Shown here piece by piece: positions 1 through 10,755 of a stretch of DNA of 64,000 nucleotides; the stretch's first letter is position 1; each line of letters opens with the position of its first letter. Below the pieces are notes generated by a model. The model was not told the DNA's origin. It was given only the letters and a program-made list of their open reading frames with translations, and did not search any database. Origin of the DNA: an uncultured Methanoregulaceae archaeon (GTDB taxonomy: Archaea > Halobacteriota > Methanomicrobia > Methanomicrobiales > Methanospirillaceae); contig CAZSDZ010000010.1 in NCBI GenBank assembly GCA_964605795.1, positions 1,372-65,371 of the forward strand, in the 5' to 3' direction. Both the position numbers and the translations under genes were made by a program.

Positions 1-411
1 CATGATGCATATCCTGGTTTGTATAATGCAACTATTGCAGATGCCAAGGTAACCTTGATGAATAATATTCAGGAGATGTTACCATATAACCTAACCCGCC
101 TGACTGATCCTCTCAGATCAGATTATCAAAACATTACTTTTAGCAGTTTTAGGGTATTAAATCTGATATCACAACTGGATTCCGATTCCTCAGGTTTTGA
201 GGATAATGCAACAGTTCTTGCCGATATTATTCCGGTATATGGGAACTGGATAACCTACCGGACCCATTATTCTTCCTTTACCTGTGACATTGCACCTCCT
301 GATTACGCATCGTTGCCGTCTCAACAAATAACCGAGGTCATGGAAGAGCTTGCTGACACCGTGGTATTATCTGCCGGTACCAAAGCTTCACAAACCGGAG
401 ATATTATCTGA
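1..411 (+). CDS. C-terminal fragment of a hypothetical protein that continues upstream of the window
   Basis: Frame 1 is open from nt 1 to the stop at 409-411. The listed ORF start at 19 is only a TTG. No family motif recognised. Confidence 0.35.
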   Translation, partial: HDAYPGLYNATIADAKVTLMNNIQEMLPYNLTRLTDPLRSDYQNITFSSFRVLNLISQLDSDSSGFEDNATVLADIIPVYGNWITYRTHYSSFTCDIAPPDYASLPSQQITEVMEELADTVVLSAGTKASQTGDII

Positions 412-567
412 TGAAATGGATTCATTCAGGGACAAGAGAGACGTTTTCTTTTTCAGATTAATCCTCTGACATCTGTGGATAGTACTTCTGTCAGGAAAGA
501 ATGGTATAAAAGAATAAGATATGCTGAAAAAATCTCTGGATGTAATTGCGAGAGATACAGGAACATC

Positions 568-1038
568 ATGAAGATACAGGTAGCAATCATCGGATCGTCG
601 GAGGCCACCATCGAGGAATTATCTGCTGCATATCTCATTGGGAGTCATATCGCCATAGCAGGAGCAACTCTTCTCTGTGGAGGAAGGGGAGGAGTAATGG
701 AAGCCGCTGCACATGGCGTTTCTGATCATGGAGGTATGACCGTCGGCATTCTTCCGGGTATTGGTGATGCGAACCAGTATGTCGATATCAGGATAAGTAC
801 CGATATGGGAAATGCACGTAATGTTATCCTTGTTCTCTCTTCTGATGTTGTGATTGCTATCGGGGGATCGTACGGGACCCTGTCTGAAATAGCCATCGCC
901 AAAAAGGTTCACCGGCCGGTTTATGGATGGAAAACATGGGATATTGATGGAATTTTTGCCTGTAAAACTCCTGAAGAAACCGTTTCTGCAGCAATCGCCC
1001 GGGTAAAGCCATGTACAGATAATCCTGACCCGTGCTGA
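568..1038 (+). CDS. TIGR00725 / LOG-like (lysine-decarboxylase-like) Rossmann-fold protein
   Basis: Motifs VAIIGSS, GGRGGVMEAAAHG, GILPG and SDVVIAIGGSYGTLSEIA are typical of this family. ATG at 568 (MKIQVAIIG) preferred over the upstream ATG at 475. Confidence 0.7.
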   Translation: MKIQVAIIGSSEATIEELSAAYLIGSHIAIAGATLLCGGRGGVMEAAAHGVSDHGGMTVGILPGIGDANQYVDIRISTDMGNARNVILVLSSDVVIAIGGSYGTLSEIAIAKKVHRPVYGWKTWDIDGIFACKTPEETVSAAIARVKPCTDNPDPC

Positions 1039-1094
1039 ATACTCATAAAACCGCTTTATTGTGAAATGATAATTTGTGTTGGATTGAGATAACA

Positions 1095-2414
1095 ATGAAA
1101 GAACCGGATACAATACTCCTTGTCAGTTCCCGCCTGGATCCCGCAGGAACACATATTCATGATGCAATCTGTCACGAGCTTGAGAGCAATCCTGCTCATG
1201 CATACTCCTATCGTCATTGCCGATCTGATGAACGTCTTCTTTACTGGGGATACGATCCTTCATTTTTTTCAAAAAATCCTCCTGATCGGATCATTTTTCT
1301 CTCGCGACATGCCTCAAAGAACCCAAAACCGGTTCTTACGGTTCATGTAACCGGTAATTACCAGGAGGCTGATCTTGGGGGAGATCCAGGCACTCTGACG
1401 CCTGCAGATCCATCACTCATGTATGCCGTATTGCAAAACCTTCTCCGGTATGCACCTCCCGGCTACGCGGTCTCGTATGAAGTAACCCATCACGGGCCGA
1501 CCGGGTTGCCTCTCCCCTCTTTCTTTGTGGAGATAGGGAGTACTGATATGGAGTGGAATGATACGATTGCAGCATGTGCAGTCGCAAAAGCAGTTCTTCT
1601 CGCAATAGAAGAGCCGGTTATTCCCATGATCGGTTTTGGAGGAACTCATTATGCAACGCGTCAGACAGAACTCTCGTTTGTATCCCGTGCTGCATTTGGT
1701 CATATCGTTCCATCCCGGCAGACAGAATCGATTGATTTGGATATGGTCAGAATGATGACGGTTATGACCAAAGCAGAAGCGGCATACATTGATAAAAAAT
1801 CACTTTCCAGAGACGAGATAAAAAGGATAACCGATCTTTTACGTGAGATAAAACTTCCTGTTCTTGGACAGACCGATCTCGTAGTCCTGAAACATCTCAC
1901 CCTCCCGCAGTATACGGGTATTATTACTATGGCACAAAGAGAAGTACCCGGGTGTCATGTCAGGGTGCAGTCAATGCATCGTTGTTTAGAACCGGTCGTC
2001 GTCAGGATTCCTGCTTTATTACTTGATGAAGCAGATAAGCTGGATCACGATAATCTGTTTGCATCGATCTCTGTGATGCCTGTTGCAACGCTCCGAAAGG
2101 GGGGTAAGAGTCTCCTGCCGGTTTTTATTGTGGATAAAGAAGATGCAAGGGTTGTCAGGCATGAATTAATACATCTCTGCATCTCAGTTGTACTTGCGAA
2201 CACTGACGCATTGGTAGACGGAGAAATTCTTACAATCAGACGTCTTAAGTTTGATCCAAAGAAGGCAGAGGAGTTTGGGATCCCTCCCGGACCTTTATAC
2301 GCTACCCTTCTCTCAGGGAAATCAGTCCTGTTCGAAGGCAGGGAGATAACACCAGATATGGTCATGAAAACAACGGTAACGAGAATAGAGATCCCGGCGG
2401 AGAACGATGCATGA
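1095..2414 (+). CDS. dtdA: D-aminoacyl-tRNA deacylase, archaeal type (DtdA/DTD2), with a C-terminal extension of about 180 aa
   Basis: Motifs [40 protein letters not shown] and FGHIVP match the PF04414 tRNA_deacylase family. ATG at 1095. Confidence 0.85.
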   Translation: MKEPDTILLVSSRLDPAGTHIHDAICHELESNPAHAYSYRHCRSDERLLYWGYDPSFFSKNPPDRIIFLSRHASKNPKPVLTVHVTGNYQEADLGGDPGTLTPADPSLMYAVLQNLLRYAPPGYAVSYEVTHHGPTGLPLPSFFVEIGSTDMEWNDTIAACAVAKAVLLAIEEPVIPMIGFGGTHYATRQTELSFVSRAAFGHIVPSRQTESIDLDMVRMMTVMTKAEAAYIDKKSLSRDEIKRITDLLREIKLPVLGQTDLVVLKHLTLPQYTGIITMAQREVPGCHVRVQSMHRCLEPVVVRIPALLLDEADKLDHDNLFASISVMPVATLRKGGKSLLPVFIVDKEDARVVRHELIHLCISVVLANTDALVDGEILTIRRLKFDPKKAEEFGIPPGPLYATLLSGKSVLFEGREITPDMVMKTTVTRIEIPAENDA

Positions 2415-3502
2415 AATCAATCGTTGAAGAAGCATTATCACGGGCAAAAGAAGAATCAGAACACATATCCAGGAATAATGATGACTTGGAACAGGTTCTT
2501 CGGTCCTTAATGACAAAGATCACGGTAATTGGATGCGGGGGAGGAGGGTGTAATACGATACACCGTATGAAGGAAGAGGGAATTTTGGGAACCACCCTGT
2601 ATGCCGTTAATACCGATGCCATGCACCTTGCAACCATCCACGCTGATGAACGGATTCTTATCGGCAGGCAGAGGACAAGGGGGTTAGGGGCAGGTTCCTA
2701 TCCTCAGGTTGGCGAAGAAGCAGCGCTTGAGAGTGAACATGATATCAGGCGTGCGGTTGATGATGCAAACATGGTTTTTGTTACCGCCGGGCTTGGTGGG
2801 GGAACCGGAACCGGTTGTGCACCTATTGTTGCACGATGTGCACGGGAAGAAGGAGCTCTCACCATTGCGGTTGTTACCCTGCCTTTTACTGCAGAAGGCA
2901 GTATCAGGATGGAGAATGCAAACGCAGGCCTTCAACGACTACGTGATGTGGCAGATACCGTTATTGTTGTTCCCAATGATCGCCTGATGGAGGTAGTTCC
3001 AAAACTACCCCTGGCCGCTGCCTTTAAGGTATCAGATGAGGTGCTGATGCGGGCAGTCAAAGGTATTACCGAGCTCATCACCGTTCCCGGTCTCGTTAAT
3101 CTTGATTTTGCTGATGTCCGGACGGTTATGGAGAAAGGTGGCGTAGCGATGATCGGAATGGGTGAGAGTGAATCCTCAGATAAGGCTTCAGATTCGGTAA
3201 AAAAAGCGATACGCTCACCACTTCTTGATATTGATATATCTGGTGCAACGACTGCCCTGGTCAATGTTACCGGGGGTCCTGATATGACCATGGCCGAGGC
3301 TGAAGGAGTGGTGTCAGCTGTCTCTGAACTGATTGATCCTGATGCACGGATTATCTGGGGAGCACAGGTAGATCCAACGATGCAGAATAAGATTCGGACC
3401 CTTCTCATCCTGACCGGTGTACAGTCGCCACAAATATATGGGAGAAGTGAAAAATATGTTCCCACATTACAGAAACATTTTGAGATCGACTTTTTACGGT
3501 GA
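2411..3502 (+). CDS. ftsZ: Cell division GTPase FtsZ
   Basis: GCGGGGCN and tubulin signature GLGGGTGTG are present. The ATG overlaps the dtdA stop (ATGA). It sits upstream of secE-spt5, the conserved euryarchaeal arrangement. Confidence 0.95.
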   Translation: MKSIVEEALSRAKEESEHISRNNDDLEQVLRSLMTKITVIGCGGGGCNTIHRMKEEGILGTTLYAVNTDAMHLATIHADERILIGRQRTRGLGAGSYPQVGEEAALESEHDIRRAVDDANMVFVTAGLGGGTGTGCAPIVARCAREEGALTIAVVTLPFTAEGSIRMENANAGLQRLRDVADTVIVVPNDRLMEVVPKLPLAAAFKVSDEVLMRAVKGITELITVPGLVNLDFADVRTVMEKGGVAMIGMGESESSDKASDSVKKAIRSPLLDIDISGATTALVNVTGGPDMTMAEAEGVVSAVSELIDPDARIIWGAQVDPTMQNKIRTLLILTGVQSPQIYGRSEKYVPTLQKHFEIDFLR

Positions 3503-3508
3503 TATCAT

Positions 3509-3700
3509 ATGGAAATAACCAAAAAAAATTATGCTAAATATTTAAACGAAGAACTGTTCCGGAAGTATATCCGTGTTTTAAAACTGGCCCGAACGCCAAC
3601 CAGGCAGGAATTTGTAAAGATTGCCGGTGTAGCTGCAATCGGGATCCTCATCATTGGACTTATCGGTTTTATCATATTTGAGATAATGCAACTGTTGTGA
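3509..3700 (+). CDS. secE: Protein translocase subunit SecE / Sec61-gamma
   Basis: 63 aa with a basic N-terminus and a single C-terminal TM helix (VAAIGILIIGLIGFIIF). Conserved position before spt5-rpl11. Confidence 0.85.
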   Translation: MEITKKNYAKYLNEELFRKYIRVLKLARTPTRQEFVKIAGVAAIGILIIGLIGFIIFEIMQLL

Positions 3701-3702
3701 TC

Positions 3703-4212
3703 ATGAATTCAATTGACGATTCTTCTAATCCAGTGTCGTTTGGGATACCTTCCACCAGAATTTTTGCGGTAAAAACTACGAATCGTCAGGAACGTTCGGT
3801 AGCTGACAACATTGAGAAGGCAATACGGGATGATATCGATGACATCCTGGTAACCGCTGTTATTGTACCTGATGAACTGAAAGGATACGTACTGGTTGAA
3901 TCTCCGGAACCTCTGGCACGGGTACAGGAGTTGATGGAACGCATTCCAAATGCGCGCACGGTTTTATCAGGCGCTACCTCTCTTGAGGAGGTCGGACATT
4001 ACCTGACACCCAAACCAGCGGTTAGCGGGATAGAAGACGGCACGATTGTTGAACTGATTGCAGGTCCTTTTAAGGGAGAAAAAGCAGTCGTCAAACGTGT
4101 TGACCCTGGTAAGGAAGAGATTACCGTCGAGTTATATGAGAGTGTTCTTCCCATTCCTATCACGGTTCGTGGTGACAATGTTCGCATTATTGACAAGGGT
4201 GAAGATCGGTAA
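3703..4212 (+). CDS. spt5: Transcription elongation factor Spt5 (archaeal NusG)
   Basis: NGN domain (IFAVKTT.RQE) and KOW motif (GPFKGEKAVVKRVD). Start at ATG 3703 or GTG 3697, which overlaps the secE stop. Confidence 0.9.
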   Translation: MNSIDDSSNPVSFGIPSTRIFAVKTTNRQERSVADNIEKAIRDDIDDILVTAVIVPDELKGYVLVESPEPLARVQELMERIPNARTVLSGATSLEEVGHYLTPKPAVSGIEDGTIVELIAGPFKGEKAVVKRVDPGKEEITVELYESVLPIPITVRGDNVRIIDKGEDR

Positions 4213-4324
4213 CAACAAGAGCACAGACCCCTGTTATACAGTACTTTTTTAAAAGTATACTTCGACCTTTATCAACCCACGAGGATTATGCAGGTATGAC
4301 CTGAGCCTCACATGGGTGATAAAA

Positions 4325-4798
4325 ATGGCAGAAGTTGTCGAGGTACTAGTACCCGGCGGGAAGGCTACTGCTGGTCCACCATTGGGCCCTGCTCTGGGGC
4401 CTCTCGGTATTAATGTCAAGGCAGTTGTTGATGAAATCAACGTAAAAACCGGTTCTTTTAACGGAATGCAGGTTCCTGTCAGGATTGAGGTGGATGCAAA
4501 GAAGAATTTCACCATCTCAGTCGGGATTCCCCCCACTACAGCTCTTATTAAAAAAGAGGCTGGTATCGAGAAAGGATCAGGAGAACCCAACACAACGGTT
4601 GTTGGAGACCTGCCGCTTGACGCCGCTGTCAGAATTGCCCAGATGAAACTGGACGGTATGCTCTCATATGATATCAGGAACGCAGTAAAAGAGGTCATTG
4701 GTACCTGTGTGAGCATGGGTGTTACAGTTGACGGCAAAGCACCGAAACAGGTGTTAGCCGATATTGATGCGGGTAGTTATGACAAGGCGTTTGTATAG
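4325..4798 (+). CDS. rpl11: 50S ribosomal protein L11
   Basis: N-terminus [27 protein letters not shown] is the L11 signature. ATG at 4325. Confidence 0.95.
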   Translation: MAEVVEVLVPGGKATAGPPLGPALGPLGINVKAVVDEINVKTGSFNGMQVPVRIEVDAKKNFTISVGIPPTTALIKKEAGIEKGSGEPNTTVVGDLPLDAAVRIAQMKLDGMLSYDIRNAVKEVIGTCVSMGVTVDGKAPKQVLADIDAGSYDKAFV

Positions 4799-4855
4799 TC
4801 AGTAAACCATAGAAGATCGTAAAATGTGACGGTCGCGGAACTATGGAGGAGATAA

Positions 4856-5500
4856 ATGGTTCAGAGAAGCGTCATTACAGACGCATTGAAATCGGCTCGG
4901 GAGAACGCGCCTGATAGAAAATTTACCGAGAGTGTTGATATCACGGTAAATTTAAAAAATATCGATATGGCGCAGCCAAAAAACCGTATTGATGAGACAA
5001 TTCTTCTCCCGCACGGTAACGGCAGAAAGGCAAAGATTGCTGTTCTTGGTGCTGGTGATATTGTAACCCAGGCGAAAGATGCAGGGGTGGATATTATCAT
5101 CGGACCTGAAGAGATTGAGCGACTTGGTGGAGAACCCCGCGAAGCGCGAAAAATTGCCAATATGTATCATTTCTTCCTCGCAGAAACCGGAGTAATGCCA
5201 CTGGTCGGAAGATGGCTCGGTCCACGACTGGGTCCCCGCGGAAGGATGCCGCAGCCAGTGCCTACAGAGATGGACATTCGACCCGTTGTTGAACGTCTCA
5301 GAAACTCTGTCAGGATACGGACCAAAGATAAAACATCTTTCTCTCTTAAGGTAGGGATTACCACCATGCCTGATGAAGAGATCGTTGAGAATATCGAGGT
5401 GGTATTACGGAGAATTGAGAGTGCTCTTGAACAGGGAGCATTTCAGATTCGTTCGGTGTATGTAAAGACGACCATGGGGCCGTCTGTGAAGGTGGTGTAA
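4856..5500 (+). CDS. rpl1: 50S ribosomal protein L1
   Basis: L1-family sequence (FTESVDITVNLK, LGPRG.MP). GGAGG lies 6 nt upstream of the ATG. Confidence 0.95.
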   Translation: MVQRSVITDALKSARENAPDRKFTESVDITVNLKNIDMAQPKNRIDETILLPHGNGRKAKIAVLGAGDIVTQAKDAGVDIIIGPEEIERLGGEPREARKIANMYHFFLAETGVMPLVGRWLGPRLGPRGRMPQPVPTEMDIRPVVERLRNSVRIRTKDKTSFSLKVGITTMPDEEIVENIEVVLRRIESALEQGAFQIRSVYVKTTMGPSVKVV

Positions 5501-6357
5501 TGGGATTATATGCTGCACACCTTCCTGAATGGAAGAAAAAAGAGATATCAACCATCAAACGTCTGATGGAGGAGTACAAACTTGTTGGTCTTGTGGATAT
5601 GTACGGAATTCCTGCACAGCAGGTCCAGGATATCCGCCGGAATCTACGGGAACGTGCAGAACTCCGTATGACGCGGAATACGCTTATCAGGCATGCATTA
5701 GATGAAGTCGGAGGAGGAATCGAGGAGCTCAAAGGAAGTATCCAGGGTCACTCTGCTCTCATCTTTACCAATGAGAATCCCTTTAAACTCTTTGCAACGC
5801 TTGAAAAGACGAAGACCAAGATGGCTGCACGTCCGGGTGAGAAAGCACCAGAGGATATCGTTGTCGAGAAAGGACCAACGAGTTTTAAACCAGGTCCGAT
5901 TGTAGGTGAACTTCAGCAGGCAGGTATTCCTGCAGCAATTGAAGCAGGTAAAGTAACAATCCGTGAGACCAGGACTGTTGTCAAGGCCGGAGAAGTTATA
6001 AACCGGAAATTAGCTGAGTCGCTGGTAAAACTCGATATCAAACCGATGGATATCGGTCTGCTTTTGCAGGCTGCATATTACGAGAAGACATTGTATGACC
6101 CTTCCGTCCTTGCAATTGACGAAGCTGCATTCTATCAAAAGATCATTACTGCAGCGAGTGAGGCATATAATCTCTCGGTGAATGCCTGTATCTTAACAGC
6201 AGATACAACAGAAGCAATTATTACCAAGGCTGCCATGCAGGCACGCAATCTCGCGATTGAGGCATCTGTATACAGTCCTGATGTAATTGAAGGTATCCTC
6301 GGGAAAGCACAGGGACAAGCAGTCTCGCTTAAAGCGACAGTTGATAAGAAGAATTGA
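5500..6357 (+). CDS. rpl10: 50S ribosomal protein L10 (acidic ribosomal protein P0)
   Basis: P0/L10 family. The ATG overlaps the L1 stop (TAATG). Canonical L1-L10-L12 order. Confidence 0.95.
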   Translation: MGLYAAHLPEWKKKEISTIKRLMEEYKLVGLVDMYGIPAQQVQDIRRNLRERAELRMTRNTLIRHALDEVGGGIEELKGSIQGHSALIFTNENPFKLFATLEKTKTKMAARPGEKAPEDIVVEKGPTSFKPGPIVGELQQAGIPAAIEAGKVTIRETRTVVKAGEVINRKLAESLVKLDIKPMDIGLLLQAAYYEKTLYDPSVLAIDEAAFYQKIITAASEAYNLSVNACILTADTTEAIITKAAMQARNLAIEASVYSPDVIEGILGKAQGQAVSLKATVDKKN

Positions 6358-6386
6358 AGAATTGTTTCATGAAAAGGTGATTAAAA

Positions 6387-6698
6387 ATGGAATATGTATA
6401 TGCTGCACTCCTCCTGTTTAAAGCAGGAAAGGAGATATCAGAAAGTTCAGTAAAGGCAGTTCTCTCTGCCGCCGGTATTGACGTTGACGACGCCCGCATC
6501 AAGGCTTTAATAGCAGCTCTTGACGGTGTAGATATACAGGATGCAATCAGCAAGGCGGCAGTAGCACCCGTTGCCGCAGCCGTTGTTGCAGCCGCAGCCC
6601 CTGCAGCAGTTGCCGAAGAAGCAGCTGCTGAGCCCGAAGAGGACAAAGCAGAGAAAGAAGAGAGCGGAATGGCAGGCCTTGGTGCCCTGTTTGGCTAA
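6387..6698 (+). CDS. rpl12: 50S ribosomal protein L12 (P1 stalk protein)
   Basis: [11 protein letters not shown]-terminus, Ala-rich hinge and acidic tail ending in GLGALFG, characteristic of the archaeal P1 stalk protein. Confidence 0.92.
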   Translation: MEYVYAALLLFKAGKEISESSVKAVLSAAGIDVDDARIKALIAALDGVDIQDAISKAAVAPVAAAVVAAAAPAAVAEEAAAEPEEDKAEKEESGMAGLGALFG

Positions 6699-6706
6699 TC
6701 CTTCCC

Positions 6707-6713
6707 TTTTTTT
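6707..6713 (+). terminator. Oligo-T tract (T7), candidate archaeal terminator after the L1-L10-L12 operon
   Basis: T7 run 9 nt after the rpl12 stop. Archaeal termination commonly occurs at oligo-T tracts. Confidence 0.4.
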
Positions 6714-6875
6714 GCATGAAAAACTCTACCTTCACGGTATAAAAGTAGTAGAATTATCGGTTTTTCATTTGTCAGGTTTGAGGCTCTGCCTCATGGGGGT
6801 TTTGTTTAAAAGTTTCTCATTTTTTGCTTTTCTTTGAATCACTCTTTGTTATCCTGATTATCTGGTCAGATGTTC

Positions 6876-7655
6876 CTAAAACCGGTATGAGAACTGAGAC
6901 GATAAAAGGTTCTCATCCATTGCGTCTGGTATTAGTTCGGGTATTGAACCGGCATAGGTTCCGTCTGGGAGGATGACCTCGGCAGTTTCCCTGATTATCG
7001 CCCGTGTGAGATGGCTGAACGGTTTGTCGAGAGTTTTTCTGAGGTCATATCCTGCCAGTTCATTGCAGGAGGGGATAAAAAGGACCCGGGTAGTTCTCTC
7101 TGATGAAAATCCGAGGATTACCGGATCGAGTTCTGCCAGGAGGTAACAGTCGGTTTGCAGAGCAATGCCAACCTCGTCATGTAATGCAAAACGTGGATGA
7201 TGGTGCCCGGAGATGATAAGATGTCCGGCGAGATCGGGACAGGGACGGGTATGTCCGTGCATAAACCCGGTTCCATCAAGAATTATTCCAAAAGATGGAT
7301 AGAGTTCATCTGGTTGCAGGAACTGTGCTATTCCCGAATCATGGTTTCCAGGAGTAACACCAAGCCGGCAGTACATCCGAATCTGTTCAAACAAAACAGG
7401 GATCTCATGGTATTCCTGGCGTGAAGTGCCGGTTATCTGATGCTTGATATCACCAAGAAGGAGCACCCGATCCGGCCTGGTCTTTTTGATACCGGAAATT
7501 ATCTTCTCGATCCGTTCTAAACCCCTGCTTTTTATATGGATCCCAAAAAAGGCGAGATCTGTCTCTATCCCCATGTGGATATCTGCAAAGACAAGGATAC
7601 GTTCGGTATTCTGGAGTAGTATCGCTGGTCCTTCAGGCAGGAACGAGATTGTCAT
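6876..7655 (-). CDS. Metallophosphoesterase, SbcD/Mre11-related ICC-like (TIGR00024 / COG1407 type)
   Basis: Calcineurin-like motifs FADIHMG, LLLGDIKH, GNHD, GH.H and GHHHP. Confidence 0.75.
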   Translation of the reverse strand: MTISFLPEGPAILLQNTERILVFADIHMGIETDLAFFGIHIKSRGLERIEKIISGIKKTRPDRVLLLGDIKHQITGTSRQEYHEIPVLFEQIRMYCRLGVTPGNHDSGIAQFLQPDELYPSFGIILDGTGFMHGHTRPCPDLAGHLIISGHHHPRFALHDEVGIALQTDCYLLAELDPVILGFSSERTTRVLFIPSCNELAGYDLRKTLDKPFSHLTRAIIRETAEVILPDGTYAGSIPELIPDAMDENLLSSQFSYRF

Positions 7656-8446
7656 AAAATCTTGACATATCCGACAGTAGGCTGGTAGATCTCATCATCA
7701 GCAATGAGTGTGCGTACTATTGCAAGTACTGTCTCTTCCGGTATCATAACCTTCTTTCCAAGGTGTATCAGATCCGTAACTGCAATCCCCCGTGGTCCGG
7801 CATTATCGGTAATGAGCGAGAGCAGTACCTGATTGATATCTGAAGGTTTTATACCCGTGCCAACCGATTCAGATCTGGTAGCAGGGATATGGGAGAGAGC
7901 AAGCGTTATCATCGCTGTCATACGTGAGATCTCTTCATGAGTAATCTGGTACTCTGTAGGAATCTTCTCTGTCAGATCTTCAGGAGGTGATTTTGTGTTA
8001 CTCTGTTCTGATAGCAGGACGAGACGATCGAGCATGAGGTCAGCAGTCTCAAGTATCCATGAATCACGGACTGCCTTATCAATCTGCATTATTCCAGTTG
8101 CAACAAATTCAGGGGATCTTTCATCGGTCTTCTTTTTTGCAACCGGTTCTGCATAAAGAGTGATAAAGACAGGAGGATTGAGATTTGCAATCATATCATG
8201 AATCTCCTGATCTCCCGGTCGGATTGAAATGGAAATTCCTCCGGTTGGATCAGCGACCCGTATTGCTGATATCATCTCGTTTTGTCTGATAACCTCAGTC
8301 AGAGCCCCACACCAGTACAGGTTCCCAACAATTGCTCCCGAAGGGCTGTGATACCCTGATGATTCTGATCCGGATCGATGGAAAAAAGAGTATATCTCCT
8401 GTATTTCCTGTGCAAATACGCGTGAGTACGCAATTATGGATGTCAT
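7652..8446 (-). CDS. Putative OB-fold nucleic-acid-binding protein, RPA-associated protein (COG3390)-like
   Basis: Segment WCGALTEV...AIRVADPTGGISI resembles the OB-fold core of RPA-associated proteins. The stop overlaps the start of the phosphoesterase (4-nt overlap), as in haloarchaeal rpap-rpe pairs. Family assignment is from memory only. Confidence 0.5.
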   Translation of the reverse strand: MTSIIAYSRVFAQEIQEIYSFFHRSGSESSGYHSPSGAIVGNLYWCGALTEVIRQNEMISAIRVADPTGGISISIRPGDQEIHDMIANLNPPVFITLYAEPVAKKKTDERSPEFVATGIMQIDKAVRDSWILETADLMLDRLVLLSEQSNTKSPPEDLTEKIPTEYQITHEEISRMTAMITLALSHIPATRSESVGTGIKPSDINQVLLSLITDNAGPRGIAVTDLIHLGKKVMIPEETVLAIVRTLIADDEIYQPTVGYVKIL

Positions 8447-8673
8447 GGGTTCTAAAAAGATACGGTTGTGGGTTTCCTCATATTCTCTCAGTTCTTAGAT
8501 GATATTTCCGTTATTACTGCTTTTATCTTTTTAGCAAAAGACAGAGTGAGGTCTTAATGAAGCAAAAGATGAGGGGAAAAACATATGTTTGTTCAATTGA
8601 TCTGTCTGGAACAGGAATACCGGCATAAAGACTTGGATCCATGGGTGATCCCCTTTCCGAACCCTATCGTCTC

Positions 8674-9225
8674 TCATTTTTTGTTAGCATAATACCGTGA
8701 AAGGGTTGCCTGACGTTGATGCATGTATTTGGCATCACCTTTGGTGTTATACGGGCAGGCGGCCCTCTCAGTAGTATAGAAGACAAGTTGCCCTATTGCC
8801 ATACCTGCATACATCTTCACCGGTCTCTGGTTTACATTGCACATCTCAAGCGTGATGCTTCCGCAAAAACCAGCATCAATCCATCCTCCGGTCTGGTGGA
8901 GTTCGACACCGAGCCGTGCAATACTGCTTTTCCCTTCAATACTGGCAACAATATTATCGGGAAGTCCAATAACCTCAAGTGTCTCTGCAAGCACAAATTT
9001 TCCGGGTGGAAGAACAATGCTCTCTGCTTTGAGTTCCTCGGTATTGATACAGACACTCTCTTTATGGAATGGATCGATAACACCGTCACCCTCCTCGTAC
9101 CAGACAAAATGGTCTCCGAGACGGATGTCCAGAGAGTTTGGCTGGATAAGGTTTGGGTCAAAGGGATCTACACTGATATATCCCCGCTCGATCCGATCAT
9201 GAATCTGCCAGTCAACAAGGATCAT
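8674..9225 (-). CDS. dcd: dCTP deaminase
   Basis: MILVD.QI...I..G.I.V.PFD..LIQP.SLD.RLG N-terminus is typical of Dcd. ATG at 9225 preferred, 9234 possible. Confidence 0.9.
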   Translation of the reverse strand: MILVDWQIHDRIERGYISVDPFDPNLIQPNSLDIRLGDHFVWYEEGDGVIDPFHKESVCINTEELKAESIVLPPGKFVLAETLEVIGLPDNIVASIEGKSSIARLGVELHQTGGWIDAGFCGSITLEMCNVNQRPVKMYAGMAIGQLVFYTTERAACPYNTKGDAKYMHQRQATLSRYYANKK

Positions 9226-9980
9226 TCCATACACCTTTCTGAATCAGTACTGATAAGCTTATCATCCCGTCTCCTGAACTGATCCAGGTCAGGATTAATG
9301 TGCCACTCACTTCTCCTTAGTAATCCGTGCAGGGTAGATGCTTCCCGAACCGTTAATTGTGATCTGCCGAGCACCCGTCGTATCAGTACCATGGTCATGA
9401 GACGTTTGTGAATCGGATGATTAATCAGGTCAAGATACTGCTCAATATGATGATACAGATGATCCATCTCCTTTCTCGCTGCAACAGGGTATTCTCCCCT
9501 GCCCATCCCTGCCAGTTCATAACAGATGATACCAACGGCATGGGAGAGATTCAGAATCGGATATTCTGACGATGCCGGAACGGTGCAGATGAGATCGCAT
9601 TGTTGGACCTCATTATTATTAAGCCCCCAGTTCTCTCTGCCAAAAAGAATAGAGATTGTTCCATCAAGATCATGGACCATCTCCCGGATCTCACGCGGGA
9701 CAAAATACGGCATTCGCATGGAATGACAGACTGATTTCGATACCTCTCCGGTTGTAGCGATGAGGATATGGCCTGTTGACACCAGTTCATCAAACGAGCA
9801 GATTGTGGCAGTAGAAAGGATATCGCCCGCATGTGATGCCCGTGCATATGCTTCATCGCCGATCGGGCAGGGATCGATTAAAACCAGGTCTTTAAACCCG
9901 AAATTTTTCATTACCCGTGCAGTAAACCCGATATTGCCCTCATAGAGGGGTTCAACAAGGACAATACGGATATCTGGCAT
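9222..9980 (-). CDS. SpoU/TrmH-family RNA 2'-O-methyltransferase, TrmJ-like
   Basis: SPOUT motifs [27 protein letters not shown] and [16 protein letters not shown], followed by a C-terminal extension as in TrmJ. Confidence 0.75.
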   Translation of the reverse strand: MPDIRIVLVEPLYEGNIGFTARVMKNFGFKDLVLIDPCPIGDEAYARASHAGDILSTATICSFDELVSTGHILIATTGEVSKSVCHSMRMPYFVPREIREMVHDLDGTISILFGRENWGLNNNEVQQCDLICTVPASSEYPILNLSHAVGIICYELAGMGRGEYPVAARKEMDHLYHHIEQYLDLINHPIHKRLMTMVLIRRVLGRSQLTVREASTLHGLLRRSEWHINPDLDQFRRRDDKLISTDSERCME

Positions 9981-9998
9981 GGGATCGTGAGAATATCT

Positions 9999-10685
9999 TT
10001 ATTGGATAGCCCTGACCGTTGCTTTTAAGGTCTCAACACCTTTTTCATAGACTGCATTGCCGACAACAATAGTATCTGCATATCGTGACATCTCGTATGC
10101 CTTTTCAGGGGAATCAATGCCTCCGCCATAATACAGGATACTCCTGTTGATAGACTCAGATGCCTGTTTTACAACAGTCGGATCTCCATACGTTCCACTA
10201 TACTCGATGTAGATAAGAGGGAAGGAGAAGTACTGGTCTGCAACTTCGCAATATGCCATGACCTCCTTGTTTGAGAGGAAACACTGGGCTCCCGTCACCT
10301 TTGCAACTGATGAGTCGGGATTTAAGACGATGTATGCTTCAGGGATAACCCGGTCCCAGGTAACCTTCTCCTGCATGACCCATGATTTATGTTTCCCAAT
10401 GATCCATTCCAGGTTTGATGTATTGAGCACACTTGGGATGAAGAGAAGATCGATACCCTCGGCAATCACCGCATGAGGACCGGATGGTTCAACTACCAGA
10501 GGAAGACCATAGGATGAGACCTGATCCCGTAACATCTGCATATTTTCCCTGGTGATATTGAGCGTCCCTGATAACATCAGAGCATCAGTTCCGCTCGTTG
10601 CGATCTCAGCAATGTCGGCGGCATGCAGTACTTTATCAGGATCCAGTTTCGTAACGTGTGCCCAGTTTTTCCATTTTGTGAACAT
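9999..10685 (-). CDS. Geranylgeranylglyceryl phosphate synthase (PcrB family)
   Basis: W.HVTKLDPDK N-terminus and a C-terminal GGGI...VVGN motif, typical of archaeal GGGP synthase. Confidence 0.85.
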   Translation of the reverse strand: MFTKWKNWAHVTKLDPDKVLHAADIAEIATSGTDALMLSGTLNITRENMQMLRDQVSSYGLPLVVEPSGPHAVIAEGIDLLFIPSVLNTSNLEWIIGKHKSWVMQEKVTWDRVIPEAYIVLNPDSSVAKVTGAQCFLSNKEVMAYCEVADQYFSFPLIYIEYSGTYGDPTVVKQASESINRSILYYGGGIDSPEKAYEMSRYADTIVVGNAVYEKGVETLKATVRAIQ

Positions 10686-10755
10686 GATATCTCCAGGAAT
10701 TGATCAGGGTTTCTCTCTTTTCTTGAGTATTATACAACGATTCATACGCTGCAGT

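Noticed and set aside
619-1113. Long antisense ORFs opposite well-supported genes. Examples: 619..1113, 2932..3465, 4249..4737, 25428..25946, 25534..26148, 36656..37211, 41541..41891 and 58577..59029.
   Set aside because: Each lies entirely within, and antisense to, a gene with strong family motifs. Their translations are Ser/Arg/Pro-rich and low in complexity. They are typical shadow ORFs.
4890-4935. Possible L1 translational operator near the 5' end of rpl1, as described for Methanococcus L1 operons.
   Set aside because: I could draw only a 5-bp helix (CTCGG 4896-4900 with CCGAG 4926-4930). I cannot reproduce the 23S-mimic consensus from memory with confidence. A covariance model or alignment to known operators is needed.
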